Part shown: positions 1-9,594 of the stretch, piece after piece | Position numbering within the stretch: the stretch's first letter is position 1 | Layout: every line of letters starts with the position of its first letter | From: a virus | Taxonomy: Duplodnaviria; Heunggongvirae; Uroviricota; Caudoviricetes | DNA: 22,611 nucleotides | Virus record (IMG/VR): IMGVR_UViG_2687453449_000006 | Reading direction: 5' to 3' (one strand) | The notes under the pieces: model-generated | The model's database searches: none | Seen by the model: the letters and a program-made list of their open reading frames with translations, nothing else | Told to the model about the DNA's origin: nothing | Made by a program: the position numbers and the translations under genes

Positions 1-276
1 TTACCGACTGCGGCCTGAGTTTTTTAAGTGACGTAAAATCGTGTTGAGGCCAACGCCCATAATGCGGGCAGTTGCCCGGCATCCAACGCCATTCATGGCC
101 ATATCAATGATTTTCTGGTGCGTACCGGGTTGAGAAGCGGTGTAAGTGAACTGCAGTTGCCATGTTTTACGGCAGTGAGAGCAGAGATAGCGCTGATGTC
201 CGGCGGTGCTTTTGCCGTTACGCACCACCCCGTCAGTAGCTGAACAGGAGGGACAGCTGATAGAAACAGAAGCCAC
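1..276 (-). CDS. insA: IS1 InsA transposition regulator (91 aa)
   Basis: Translation [43 protein letters not shown]... matches IS1 InsA as I recall it, including the zinc-finger CPSC...CSHC motif; ATG at 276. Confidence 0.9.
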
Positions 277-331
277 TGGAGCACCTCAAAAACACCATCA
301 TACACTAAATCAGTAAGTTGGCAGCATCACC
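1..331 (-). mobile_element. IS1 insertion sequence, partial (left end with terminal inverted repeat; remainder lies outside the window)
   Basis: Positions 320-331 are the reverse complement of the IS1 terminal repeat GGTGATGCTGCC; the insA frame runs from 276 to the window edge, which coincides with the insA stop codon. insB and the other terminus are not in the window. Confidence 0.9.
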
Positions 332-534
332 TAACTAGCCATTTCAATGTAACAATTAACCCTTAAAATAAACCCAGAAGGTTATTAACTAAATCACATA
401 GAAAACCATCAATTATAGCATGTATAAAATAGGCGACAGCAACCCAATTACAAATTAATGGTTCCAGAATATCACATCAAAAAAACGCTGTATAATATTA
501 TAATTAACATGTAGACAACTTGTAATAAACATTA

Positions 535-1284
535 TCAGTCAATTGTTTTGTTTATTCCATCTGTGACGCCGATTATTTTCTCAAAATAATGAGATGGCGT
601 GACACCATAATAATCTTTAAATGCACATATGAAATATGAAGTACTGTTATAGCCACATTTCTGGGCTACGACATTGATAGAATAAGAGTTTGAAGTTATG
701 AGTTTTTTTGCATACCTCATCCTAGTATCTCTCAATATTTCAGTAAATGACGTTCCTTCATCCCTTAATCTTTTTTTTATTAAACTTTCACTCGTATAAA
801 TCAATTCCGCAATATCTTTTAAATGCCATTGCCGCTCAATATTAAAACTGATTATTCCAGTAATTTTACAGGTAAATGTATTTATATTTGTTAGTATAAA
901 TGAATTTACACTTTCGCGTTTTTTGAACATGGCAAGTAAGGATATACATAGTCTTTCTTTTAACCAAAGGGAGTGTGAGTCTGCTATTTTAATCCCTTCA
1001 AACAGAGAAAAAACAAGCGATAATGGAGGTTCCTCTTCAGCAATATAGCCATTCTTATCAAGAGTAAATTTGCCAGGCAGCTCATTATTCACGTCGATAA
1101 AAAAGGATAAACATGTTTTCTTATCTATATCAACAATTCTTAGTTTAGAGGGGCATACTGGTAACTCCCTTCTAATTTTGTCGCTTACAATAAACAATGA
1201 ATTTTTTTTGAACGAGATAACTCTCCTGTTTATAATTAAATCAAATGATTGACAGATGAAAACTACGGAGCAAACATAATCCAT
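535..1284 (-). CDS. appY: AraC-family transcriptional regulator AppY (249 aa)
   Basis: 249-aa ORF with a true ATG at 1284; C-terminal AraC-type HTH (..[27 protein letters not shown]..); N-terminus [21 protein letters not shown] matches AppY as recalled; strongly AT-rich coding sequence. Confidence 0.88.
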
Positions 1285-1860
1285 CTTGCACCTATCATAA
1301 AATTAAAACAAGTTGATAGCAGTCAAATAACAACCAATTAAATACACAATCATAATCAGGATGATGTGCATTTATATTTTTATACACAAAATTATAGTTT
1401 GCAAATTTTAATAAATTTCATTTAAGATTAAATTATTATATGTATATTGTTTTTTATTCTAACGTATTTCAAAGTTACATTTTTCAACGCTTACTATACT
1501 TTTTATTAACATAAACTCACTACAACGCACCTGAAACCTCTTGCTATATATATGTCAACCGTTTGAATTTAAAATAAAAAGAGTATCATTTTTACTTGCA
1601 TTTCTTATCAAGTCACATTCAACAACAGTAAAAAAACATTATTAGAACCATTCAATTAACAAAAAACCAACATCCAGCTTGCTTAATTTTTCTTTATTAA
1701 ACGACATTGAAAATCAATTGATAAAATACATCTAAACAACCTTTTGGGGCGCAAAAGCATAACATCAAACAAACAAATAACACACCGAAAAAACTCACAA
1801 TTAATAACCTATGATATACATACTGTTTATTATGGTTGAATAAGCCACTCGATATCTGGT
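1285..1860 (-). promoter_or_regulatory. Long AT-rich upstream/leader region of appY (likely promoter and nucleoid-protein-bound region)
   Basis: About 575 bp of very AT-rich non-coding sequence with no credible ORF, directly upstream of the appY ATG; no specific promoter elements were mapped. Confidence 0.4.
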
Positions 1861-1959
1861 GCTACGGAAGTGTCCACACGGTTTAGCAGCACCCGATACT
1901 TTTTCCAGGCTTCCAGCAACGAGTTTTCTTCCTCCGTTGCATATACAGCTCACCTTTTT

Positions 1960-2253
1960 TCACCCACGATTAACCAACAGCCAGACCAGCAGACACGCCA
2001 CCACCGGCACAGCAAAATCCATCAGGCTTGCCACATCCCATGCACGTGTATCAAAACCGCCCCACCACGGCATATTCATTCGCTTGCCATGCCCGAACAT
2101 TTCGATCCAGCGATATTCTGCCTGGGTGTGTTCACGCGCAATGAAGAACGTACAACCGGCTATCGCCCCGTAAGCCCAGTTCCCGGTAAAAAGACCAATC
2201 AGTAGCTGCGCAGCCACAGCACAAAGCGCATGAAGGAAAGGTGTTATATCCAT
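1960..2253 (-). CDS. Small hydrophobic protein (97 aa), two predicted transmembrane segments; function unknown
   Basis: ATG at 2253 preceded by a strong Shine-Dalgarno (AAGGAGG, reverse complement of 2257-2263) and starting 11 nt after the stop of the upstream ORF; hydrophobic stretches ALCAVAAQLLIGLFTGNWAYGAIAGCTFFIA and LMDFAVPVVACLLVWLLV. Confidence 0.55.
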   Translation of the reverse strand: MDITPFLHALCAVAAQLLIGLFTGNWAYGAIAGCTFFIAREHTQAEYRWIEMFGHGKRMNMPWWGGFDTRAWDVASLMDFAVPVVACLLVWLLVNRG

Positions 2254-2263
2254 TACTCCTCCT

Positions 2264-2968
2264 TTATCCGATATCGCTTCGGGAAACGGATAACAACTTT
2301 AATTCTGACTCAAGTTCATCAACTCTTTCAGTCAGCTTCTGGATATGGTGAATCAGTGGAACAACCAGACGTTCGTACATTACACCTTCGGCAACAAGGC
2401 CATTGCTGGAAATAGCTTCAGGAGCATCATCTTCGTTAGCTGGTCGCCAGTGTACAAACTGAGGGGCAATTTCTCCTACTTCCTCGGCAATCAATCCGTA
2501 GAATCCCCAGTCACGCCTGTCATTTTCGCATTGCGACCTGTACCACACAGGGCGCATCCTGAAAATGAGATCGGCGTGCTCTGAATCTATCGTCTCTACT
2601 GAATGTTTATAGCGAATAGACGATGTTGACCGCAGTACAGACGAAATTGCAGGGTCAGGATTAAGATAAAGGTTTGCCGCCGCTGTAGTCGTGCCCAATC
2701 CCCACATATAAAACGCTTCACGGCCAGTCAACGGGTAAAAATCTCCACCATAACGACCGCTTTCCAGATCGTTCACTTCCAGTTTGTTTTTCAGCTTATT
2801 ATCAACTTCAGTTTTTGTGTATCTGGTGCTGATATCCTGCTTTGCACTGGTCATATCAGTCTGAAGCGTTGATACTTTTCCGTTAATTGAGGAAATATCT
2901 TCCTTAGTTTTACTGACATCTCCCTTTAGCGTGGTGATATCTCCTGGAATTACTGTCGATGTAGCCAT
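2264..2968 (-). CDS. Tail-fiber-like protein (234 aa) with a C-terminal intramolecular-chaperone (peptidase S74-like) domain
   Basis: ATG at 2968 with SD GAGGGAG; C-terminal region SSIRYKHSVETIDSEHADLIFRMRPVWYRS...FYGLIAEEVGEIAPQFVHW...MYERLVVPLIHHIQKLTERVDELESEL resembles the S-D-x-R-x-K ... GLIAQEV ... coiled-coil pattern of endosialidase-chaperone domains (from memory, not searched). Confidence 0.55.
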   Translation of the reverse strand: MATSTVIPGDITTLKGDVSKTKEDISSINGKVSTLQTDMTSAKQDISTRYTKTEVDNKLKNKLEVNDLESGRYGGDFYPLTGREAFYMWGLGTTTAAANLYLNPDPAISSVLRSTSSIRYKHSVETIDSEHADLIFRMRPVWYRSQCENDRRDWGFYGLIAEEVGEIAPQFVHWRPANEDDAPEAISSNGLVAEGVMYERLVVPLIHHIQKLTERVDELESELKLLSVSRSDIG

Positions 2969-2977
2969 TTGTCTCCC

Positions 2978-3259
2978 TCACATCCAGCCACGAAGTTGAT
3001 GCTCAACAACAACCGCGTATTTATCGAATATTGACGATTTTTTTACATCATTAATGATGCGCACGTTTACAAAATATCCGTCTTCCTTAACACATACCGG
3101 TTCGCCATCTTCAGTCAGTTCTCCGGTTTCTTTGTACACGTTACCTATCACGTCAATAAGAATATCATCCTGCATCGACTCGTCATCATAATAGCCAATA
3201 CTCTCCATAAAGGCCGAAAAGTCGGCCCTGTCTGCAAATTTGAGTGTTAAATCTTTCAT
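2978..3259 (-). CDS. Acidic hypothetical protein (93 aa), translationally coupled to stf
   Basis: ATG at 3259-3257 overlaps the stf stop TGA at 3258-3256 (ATGA overlap); SD-like GGGGAGAG upstream; no recognisable family. Confidence 0.5.
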   Translation of the reverse strand: MKDLTLKFADRADFSAFMESIGYYDDESMQDDILIDVIGNVYKETGELTEDGEPVCVKEDGYFVNVRIINDVKKSSIFDKYAVVVEHQLRGWM

Positions 3260-5601
3260 TTAATACTCTCCCCCATTTGCGCATCAGTTAATTCTTTATG
3301 CCAGATACGCAGATTACGGATATGACCAAAAAGATGATACTCCCCATTAGTGCCCTGCCCTCCAATTCGCAATACTGCCCGTGGAACAATTGAAGTCCAT
3401 GTTGTTTTTGCCGCAACAGATAATTCACCATTACATACGGCCTGAACATCTCCATCAGCGCCACAACGGAAGCCTGAAATGATTTTCCTCTGGGTTGTTG
3501 CCACATATTTATTACACCCTCCCATAGAAATAAAAGGAGAACCGGCATCAGAGAAATTATTACCACGGAATCCATGCGTGAACAGACCATTTTCCTGATA
3601 ATCTTTAACATTAAAGATTAATGGTGATTTGCTGGGAGGGATATCCCAGTTTTTATTAACTTCAACAAGAGCACTGAATGGTAATCGGTGAATATTGTTT
3701 CTTACAGGTATTGTCACCATGTCGCTGGAGCGAGTGCCAGGAGCCCCTTCAGTAATGATAAATGACGTCCTGTACGACCCAATCTCCGCCTGAGGCATCG
3801 CAATATCTAACGTAGAGCCATTGGGGATAATACTGATTCCAGGCATCGCCAGGATTTCAAATCTTGAGCTGATTATCATTTCCGCATCTGCAAAAAGAGT
3901 GGCGGTAAACAACCACCATTCACCGACTCTTTCTGCCGTCACCGTCACATTATTTCCATGAACAACATTTCCCGTAACAGGATCCAGAACTGCATCTGAA
4001 TGAAAAACAAACGCACCATTATCAGACATTTTTCCGAACCTTGCACGACACCGGGAATTATCACTTTTCGTCAGACACGATATCGTCGTATAAGAACCTG
4101 CCGGGCAGGTGTAAGCATCATTCGTGTTTACAGCAATTGCCTGATATCCTTGTGCTGTCGGATTTTCATTAATAACAGTTATCCTTCCATAGTTAAACCC
4201 CTTATCACTGTCGAACGACTCAACAGACACACTACCCGTGTTATTCCATGCTTCTGGTGTATTTGAATTTCTGAAATAGTTTGTTCTCTGTCCTTCAATC
4301 AGCAAACCTTCTCGTTCAAATCGCGGTTCGTCAACTTCAGCAACGGTTAATACACCTGATTTATTAATGTATGTTGCACCTGATGCGCGTTTGAAGCTAA
4401 CAACCTTATCGGATGGCATTTTAATAACATCATCACCTACGGTTATTTGCTTATAACCAGGCGAAAAGCCAGCAAGCATATCCAGTGAATCGTTAAACGG
4501 TATCCACACATCAGGCAGTGGCTGTAAGACATATTTATACGGCTCTGCTGCCTGGCTTGCATACTCTCTGGCTGCATCCTCACTTGCTTTAGCTGCTGTC
4601 TGGCTTGCTGCCGATGCTTGCGCCGAGTTCGCCGCTGCAGTCTCGCTTGTCTTTGCATTGGTTTCACTGGTTTTTGCAGCTTTTTGACTGTTTGCTGATG
4701 CAGTGGCAGAAGCAGCCGCCGCACTTGCAGAACCAGCTGCAGCACTCTCGCTTTCGGCTGCTGCATCCTGACTGCTTTTCGCCGCAGTTTCGCTGGCTTT
4801 GGCATTTGTTTCGCTGGTCTTCGCTGCCGTCTGGCTGGACTTTGCGTTAGTTTCGCTCGTCTTCGCTGCTTTCTGGCTGTTAGCCGCAGCAGTTGCTGAT
4901 CCAGCTGCTGCAGTCGCAGAACCGGCTGCCGCGCTCTCGCTTTCGGCTGCTGCATTCTGGCTATTTTTCGCCGCAGTTTCACTGGCTTTGGCATTCGTTT
5001 CGCTGGTTTTCGCTGCCGTCTGGCTGGACTTTGCGTTGGTTTCGCTCGTCTTTGCGGCTGTCTCGCTGTTTTTCGCGTTGGTTTCTGATTTTTTGGCTGC
5101 TGTCGCGGAGTTTGCCGATGCAGTCTGCGAGGACGCTGCCGCCTGTGCGCTGTTAGCTGCATTCGTTTCTGAGGTTTTCGCCGCGTTCTTCGATGATGCC
5201 GCTGCAGTTTCGGATTTCTTTGCCGCCGCTGCGCTCTGAGAGGCGGCTTCGGCGTTGCGTGCCGCTTCTTCCACCATTGCCTCAAAACGACGCAATGCCT
5301 CCGGCATGACATCATCTTCCGTCATGGCACCGAGAAAATCATTCAGCGTACCTGGTCTGGAACCTTCATAGACGGTAATGGTTCCGGCATGTGAAGGCGG
5401 AAAACCTTCAACCAGCAGGGTGACGCTGTACTGGCCATGCTCAACATCCATGCTGTAACGCCCGGCTTCATCCGGATTTTCAGAGGCCACCGTGTTCACC
5501 AGTACCGTGGTGCTGTTACGCTTTGCCTTCAGTTGAATAGTGCAGTTCTGTATTGGTTTTCCCGCACCATCTTTCAGCACACCTGAAATCTGTACTGCCA
5601 T
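3256..5601 (-). CDS. stf: Side tail fiber protein, lambda Stf-like N-terminus, Ala/Ser/Thr-rich repetitive shaft, LamG/lectin-like C-terminal domain
   Basis: N-terminus MAVQISGVLKDGAGKPIQNCTIQLKAKRNSTTV...GRYSMDVEHGQYSV...FPPSHAGTITVYE matches lambda Stf as recalled; true ATG at 5601-5599 with SD GGAGTG (the track's M at 5607 is a GTG). C-terminal ...LRIGGQGTNGEYHLFGHIRNLRIWHKELTDAQM is typical of LamG-like jelly-roll domains. Confidence 0.85.
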   Translation of the reverse strand: MAVQISGVLKDGAGKPIQNCTIQLKAKRNSTTVLVNTVASENPDEAGRYSMDVEHGQYSVTLLVEGFPPSHAGTITVYEGSRPGTLNDFLGAMTEDDVMPEALRRFEAMVEEAARNAEAASQSAAAAKKSETAAASSKNAAKTSETNAANSAQAAASSQTASANSATAAKKSETNAKNSETAAKTSETNAKSSQTAAKTSETNAKASETAAKNSQNAAAESESAAAGSATAAAGSATAAANSQKAAKTSETNAKSSQTAAKTSETNAKASETAAKSSQDAAAESESAAAGSASAAAASATASANSQKAAKTSETNAKTSETAAANSAQASAASQTAAKASEDAAREYASQAAEPYKYVLQPLPDVWIPFNDSLDMLAGFSPGYKQITVGDDVIKMPSDKVVSFKRASGATYINKSGVLTVAEVDEPRFEREGLLIEGQRTNYFRNSNTPEAWNNTGSVSVESFDSDKGFNYGRITVINENPTAQGYQAIAVNTNDAYTCPAGSYTTISCLTKSDNSRCRARFGKMSDNGAFVFHSDAVLDPVTGNVVHGNNVTVTAERVGEWWLFTATLFADAEMIISSRFEILAMPGISIIPNGSTLDIAMPQAEIGSYRTSFIITEGAPGTRSSDMVTIPVRNNIHRLPFSALVEVNKNWDIPPSKSPLIFNVKDYQENGLFTHGFRGNNFSDAGSPFISMGGCNKYVATTQRKIISGFRCGADGDVQAVCNGELSVAAKTTWTSIVPRAVLRIGGQGTNGEYHLFGHIRNLRIWHKELTDAQMGESIK
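4560..5260 (-). repeat. In-frame tandem repeats inside stf (189-bp / 63-codon unit, about 2.5 copies, with 42-bp sub-repeats)
   Basis: The motif ctctcgctttcggctgctgca occurs at 4745 and 4934 (offset 189 bp) and the surrounding ~105 nt are near-identical; protein repeats AAKTSETNAKSSQTAAKTSETNAKASETAAK...AAAESESAAAGSA. Confidence 0.8.
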
Positions 5602-5659
5602 ATTCACTCCACAAATAAAAAAGGCGCCATTTCTGGCGCCCGTATCTGGGTTATAAAAT

Positions 5660-8506
5660 TCAGCTAATCATGATGCCTGCAGTGGCTTTCTTCATCACCA
5701 CAACCAGCAAATCGCTGATACTTGCTGTGGGATACCAGCCATTTACCAGCCATGCCGATACAGAAAATTCCAGTGTCATTACACCACTGCCTGCAGGCAT
5801 ATCAATAACACCCGTATATATCAGCGTATTATCCAGAGCCGTTCGGTTATAAATTTCAGCACCGTTTTTTCGTACTATCAGACGGCATGAGGAGTAGATA
5901 TCAGTATGATCTTGCTCATGTTTAGCGCCACTGAATGCCACCGCCGGAATAACAATTTGCCGGTCAAACGGCTGATCGTCATAAACCCTGACGGTAATGG
6001 TCCCTGATGGCCACCGCTCCGGTGCACGGGAGTCCCGGGGGAAAGCTTTGCCCACTGTTTTAACGAGATCGCCTTCAATCTGGTTCGCGGACAGTTTTCC
6101 CAGAACCCGGCAGTTCTCGTTAATCGTGACGTTGTTGAGCGTCCCGGAGTTCGCATTCACGTTACCGCTAATATCGGCATTTTTCGCCGTCAGCCGCCCG
6201 TCCGGTGTCAGGGAAAATGCCGGAGGATTACCGCCGCTGGTAATGGTGGGAGCCGTCAGATATTTCAGGAACACTTCGTTCATGAATATCTGATCGCCCT
6301 GACCAACAAACATCGGCTTTGTGTTGCCATTCGCAGGATTAATCATCGCAATCCTGTCCGCCGCCAGCAGCACCTGACTCTGCATACCGTCAGGGGTATT
6401 CTCAATACCGGCACCAATACCCGCGATATAAAGGCGTCCGTCCTGCATCTGCTGCAGCTTCACAGCCCACATGCTGTTCAGGTTATTATTTGTATCAACC
6501 TGAACCTTCTGTATCTGCTGGATTGCCGCACTCTGGTCTTCCAGTTTCTTATTGACGGTCTGCGTGATTTCATTACTGACATCCGTGATGGACGTTCTGA
6601 TTTCCGCCAGGTCAGGCGCAAGCTGACCGTTATCAATCTGCGTCCACAACTCCTGAGCCAGATGGGTTTTCCCTATCTCTCCTTTGAAAAAATTCAGATA
6701 GCCGGATGCATCATCACTCGGCTGGCCAACAGCCTCCACGAATGCCGATTTGCCAACGGTGTTCACACTGCGGATGTAAAAATAATAATCATGGCCCGGT
6801 TTGATATTGATACTGGCGGCTATCCAGTACAGCGCCGTGCCAAGATAGCGTGCTGTGGTTTCAACCTGCCTGATATCCGCAATCCGCTTTTCCGAGAACC
6901 AGAACTCAAACTGTACCGTCGGATCATAAACCGCAAGATGCGGCGTGGCGGTTATCTGAAAATACCCCGGTGTCAGCTCAATCTGCGACGGCGCTGCCGG
7001 TGCGGCAATCCGGAACGATACCGACGCCGGCTCGCCCTGCTGCCCCCACGCATTTACTGCCCGGACTGTCAGCCTGTAGTTCCCCAGAGCCAGTTGTGTG
7101 AAGCGGTAAGTGGTTTCCGTCGTCCGGGCCGTGCTGACCAGTCGCTCACGGCCGTCATCCGCTGCCACGGTCAGGCGAAGCAGGAAGCTCACGCCCTTCA
7201 CCACCTTCGGCGTATCCCAGCGGGCCAGCACCTGGTATTCCCCGCTGTCTGCGGTGACTTCTGCGGTCAGGTGCTGCACCGCTGGCGGCGTGACACCATT
7301 TACCGTGCCGCTCTGGTCGCCGTCAAAGTGCGCCCCGTTATCCACGATGGCCTCTTTTTCCGGTACATGCTGCACGGCGGTGATGGCATACGTGCCGTCG
7401 TCGTTCTCACGGATACTCACGCAGCGGAACAGGCGCTGGCGCAACGTCGGCAGCTTCAGCCCCCATACGCTGTATTCAGCAACGCCGTCAGGAACACGGC
7501 TCACTTTCACCTTCACGCCGTCGGTGACGGACTGAACCTCCACGCTGACCGGACTCCCCTGCCCGTCAACCAGGCTTATCAGCGTGGTGCCGGAAGATGG
7601 CAGCGTGATTTCACGGTCGAGCGTCAGCGTCCGGGTCTGGCTGTTTACCGCCAGCACGCGCCCGCCGGTGCGGATACCGGCATAGTCATCATCGCAGATT
7701 TCAATGACATCGCCCGGTACATGGCGAAGCCCTTCGGCACCCACGCTGAAGTCCACGGTCTGCGTTTCCAGCAGCTCCGTTTTAATCAGCCACAGCCCGG
7801 CGCGGTGTGCCTGCCCCCGGCTGGTACAGCCAAAGGCATCCATCTTCGTGACGTTACGACCGTAACGGAGAATGGCCTGCGTATCTTCAACAAGCTCTGT
7901 CGCCGTCTCCCAGCCGTTATTCGGGTCAATCCAGTTCACCTCAACGGCATTATGGCGGTCCTTCAGGGCGCTGAAGCTGTAGCGGAACGGCGCGCCATCA
8001 TCCGGCATCACCACATTACTGCGGTTATAGGTCCACACCTTATCTGATGGTCGGTCCTGCACGAACGTCAGCGTCTGCCCGTTCCATACCGGCATACAGC
8101 GCATCGCCGAGCAGAAATCACTGAGCACATCCCACGCCTTACGCTGCGTGGTCAGGTAGGCATTACAGGTGATGCGCGGCTCCGTGCCGCCAAAACCGTC
8201 CGGCACTGACTGGTCGCAGTACTGGCCGATGACATACAGCGCCCATTTATCCACATCCGCCGCACCAAGACGTTTCCCCATGCCGTAGCGCGGGTGGGTC
8301 AGCATATCCCACAGACACCAGGCCGGGTTGTTGCTGTATGCCGGCTTAAACGTTCCGTCCCAGATACCGCTGTATTGCCGCGTCTGCGGGTTATAGTTCG
8401 ACGGCACCTGCAGAATGCGCCCGCGAAGATGATAATTACGGCTCACCTGCTGGCTGCCGAACTGCTCCGAGTCCACCTGCACGCCGACCAGTGCCGTGTT
8501 CGGGTA
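5660..8506 (-). pseudogene. J: Tail tip / host specificity protein J, N-terminally truncated (C-terminal ~948 codons retained)
   Basis: Translation (..[41 protein letters not shown]... to ...[14 protein letters not shown]...) is collinear with lambda J as recalled. The frame is closed by a stop at 8507-8509 and has no in-frame ATG at its 5' end (first codon in the track is a GTG at 8482). Confidence 0.85.
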
Positions 8507-9011
8507 TCAGTTCATCCAGCGCGGCTGCTTTGTTCATGGCTTTGATGATATCCCGTTTCAGGAAATCAACATGTCGGTTTTCCAGTTCCGGAAAACGCCG
8601 CTGCACCGACAGGGGGATCCCGTCGAGAATACTGGCAATTTCACCTGCGATCCGCGACAGCACGAAAGTACAGAATGCGGTTTCCACCACTTCAGCGGAG
8701 TCTCTGGCATTTTTCAGCTCCTGTGCGTCGGCCTGCGCACGCGTAAGTCGATGGCGTTCGTACTCAATAGTCCCTGGCTGGAGATCTGTCTCGCTGGCCT
8801 GCCGCAGTTCTTCAACTTCCCGGCGCAGCTTTTCGTTCTCAATTTCAGCATCCCTTTCGGCATACCATCTTATAACGGCGGCAGAGTCATAAAGCACCTC
8901 ATTACCCTTGCCACCGCCTCGCAGAACGGGCATTCCCTGTTCCTGCCAGTTCTGAATGGTACGGATACTCGCACCGAAAATGTCAGCCAGCTGCTTTTTG
9001 TTGACTTCCAT
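8436..9011 (-). CDS. nohD: Terminase small subunit Nu1 homolog, C-terminally truncated and fused to 23 out-of-frame codons of J sequence (191 aa)
   Basis: ATG at 9011; residues 1-168 ([46 protein letters not shown]...[14 protein letters not shown]) match lambda Nu1 including the N-terminal winged HTH; after ...CTGATACC (about 8503) the sequence switches to J-derived DNA. Confidence 0.85.
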   Translation of the reverse strand: MEVNKKQLADIFGASIRTIQNWQEQGMPVLRGGGKGNEVLYDSAAVIRWYAERDAEIENEKLRREVEELRQASETDLQPGTIEYERHRLTRAQADAQELKNARDSAEVVETAFCTFVLSRIAGEIASILDGIPLSVQRRFPELENRHVDFLKRDIIKAMNKAAALDELIPEHGTGRRAGGLGAVRQPAGEP

Positions 9012-9260
9012 TGTTCATTCCACGGCCAAAAACAGAGAAAGGAAACGACAGAGGCCCAAAAGCTCGTTTTCAGCACCTGTCGTTTCCTTTCTTTTCAGGG
9101 GGTATTTTAAATAAAAACATTAAGTTACGACGAAGAAGAACGGAAATGCCTTAAACCGGAAAATTTTCATAAATAGCGAAAACCCGCGAGGTCGCCGCCC
9201 CGTAACCTGTCGGATCGCCGGAAAGGACCCGCAAAATGATAATAATTATCATCTACATGT
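9012..9260 (-). promoter_or_regulatory. Lambda-type cos region (cosB with R-site/IHF-site-like elements, cosN at 9189-9200, cosQ-side sequence to about 9260)
   Basis: The minus strand reads ...CCGGCGATCCGACAGGTTACGGGGCGGCGACCTCGCGGGTTTTCGCTATTTATGAAAATTTTCCGGTTTAAGG...GAAAGGAAACGACAGGTGCTGAAA..., almost identical to the lambda cohesive-end region as recalled; the 12-nt GGGCGGCGACCT is the reverse complement of 9189-9200. Confidence 0.8.
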
Positions 9261-9399
9261 CACAACGTGCATCTACGCCATCAAACCACGTCAAATAATC
9301 AATTATGACGCAGGTATCGTATTAATTGATCTGCATCAACTTAACGTAAAAACAACTTCAGACAATACAAATCAGCGACACTGAATACGGGGCAACCTC

Positions 9400-9594
9400 A
9401 TGTCAACTAAGAACAGAACCCGCAGAACAACAACCCGCAACATCCGCTTTCCTAACCAAATGATTGAACAAATTAACATCGCTCTTGAGCAAAAAGGGTC
9501 TGGGAATTTCTCAGCCTGGGTCATTGAAGCCTGCCGTCGGAGACTAACGTCAGAAAAGAGAGCATATACATCAATCCAGAGTGATGATGAATAA
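9400..9594 (+). CDS. ylcI: Small basic protein YlcI-like (64 aa), possible ribbon-helix-helix fold
   Basis: ATG at 9400; MSTKNRTRRTTTRNIRFPNQMIEQINIALEQKGSGNFSAWVIEACRRRL has a basic N-terminus followed by a beta-strand/helix/helix pattern; matches the DLP12 ylcI product as recalled. Confidence 0.7.
   Translation: MSTKNRTRRTTTRNIRFPNQMIEQINIALEQKGSGNFSAWVIEACRRRLTSEKRAYTSIQSDDE

Noticed and set aside
93-305. 70-aa minus-strand ORF inside IS1
   Set aside because: Alternative frame overlapping insA; not the insB frame (insB lies beyond the window); no independent support.
1960-2253. Assignment of the 97-aa ORF to a named DLP12 gene (ybcY or tfaX)
   Set aside because: As I recall, those K-12 genes are a methyltransferase-like pseudogene and a tail-fiber-assembly fragment; this small two-TM protein resembles neither, so no symbol was assigned.
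1859-2584. Plus-strand ORFs at 1859-2173, 1870-2205, 2230-2415 and 2345-2584
   Set aside because: Antisense to the 97-aa and 234-aa minus-strand genes, which have strong ribosome-binding sites and operon context; the plus-strand frames lack these.
4443-5315. 290-aa Arg/Gln/Lys-rich ORF on the minus strand, plus plus-strand ORFs at 4605-4850, 4799-5239 and 4893-5156
   Set aside because: All lie inside the stf repeat tract in alternative frames; long open frames arise from the GC-rich, low-complexity Ala/Ser/Thr codon repeats, and the real frame is the Stf frame with lambda-like N-terminus.
6662-8047. 461-aa plus-strand ORF, with 7110-7535 and 5997-6293
   Set aside because: Antisense to the J coding region; Arg/Pro/Ala-rich composition typical of reverse-strand translation of GC-rich phage genes; no start context.
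8491-9110. Plus-strand ORFs of 133 and 204 aa, and minus-strand 8870-9076
   Set aside because: Overlap nu1 and the cos region in other frames or the opposite strand; nu1 and cos homology to lambda accounts for this DNA.
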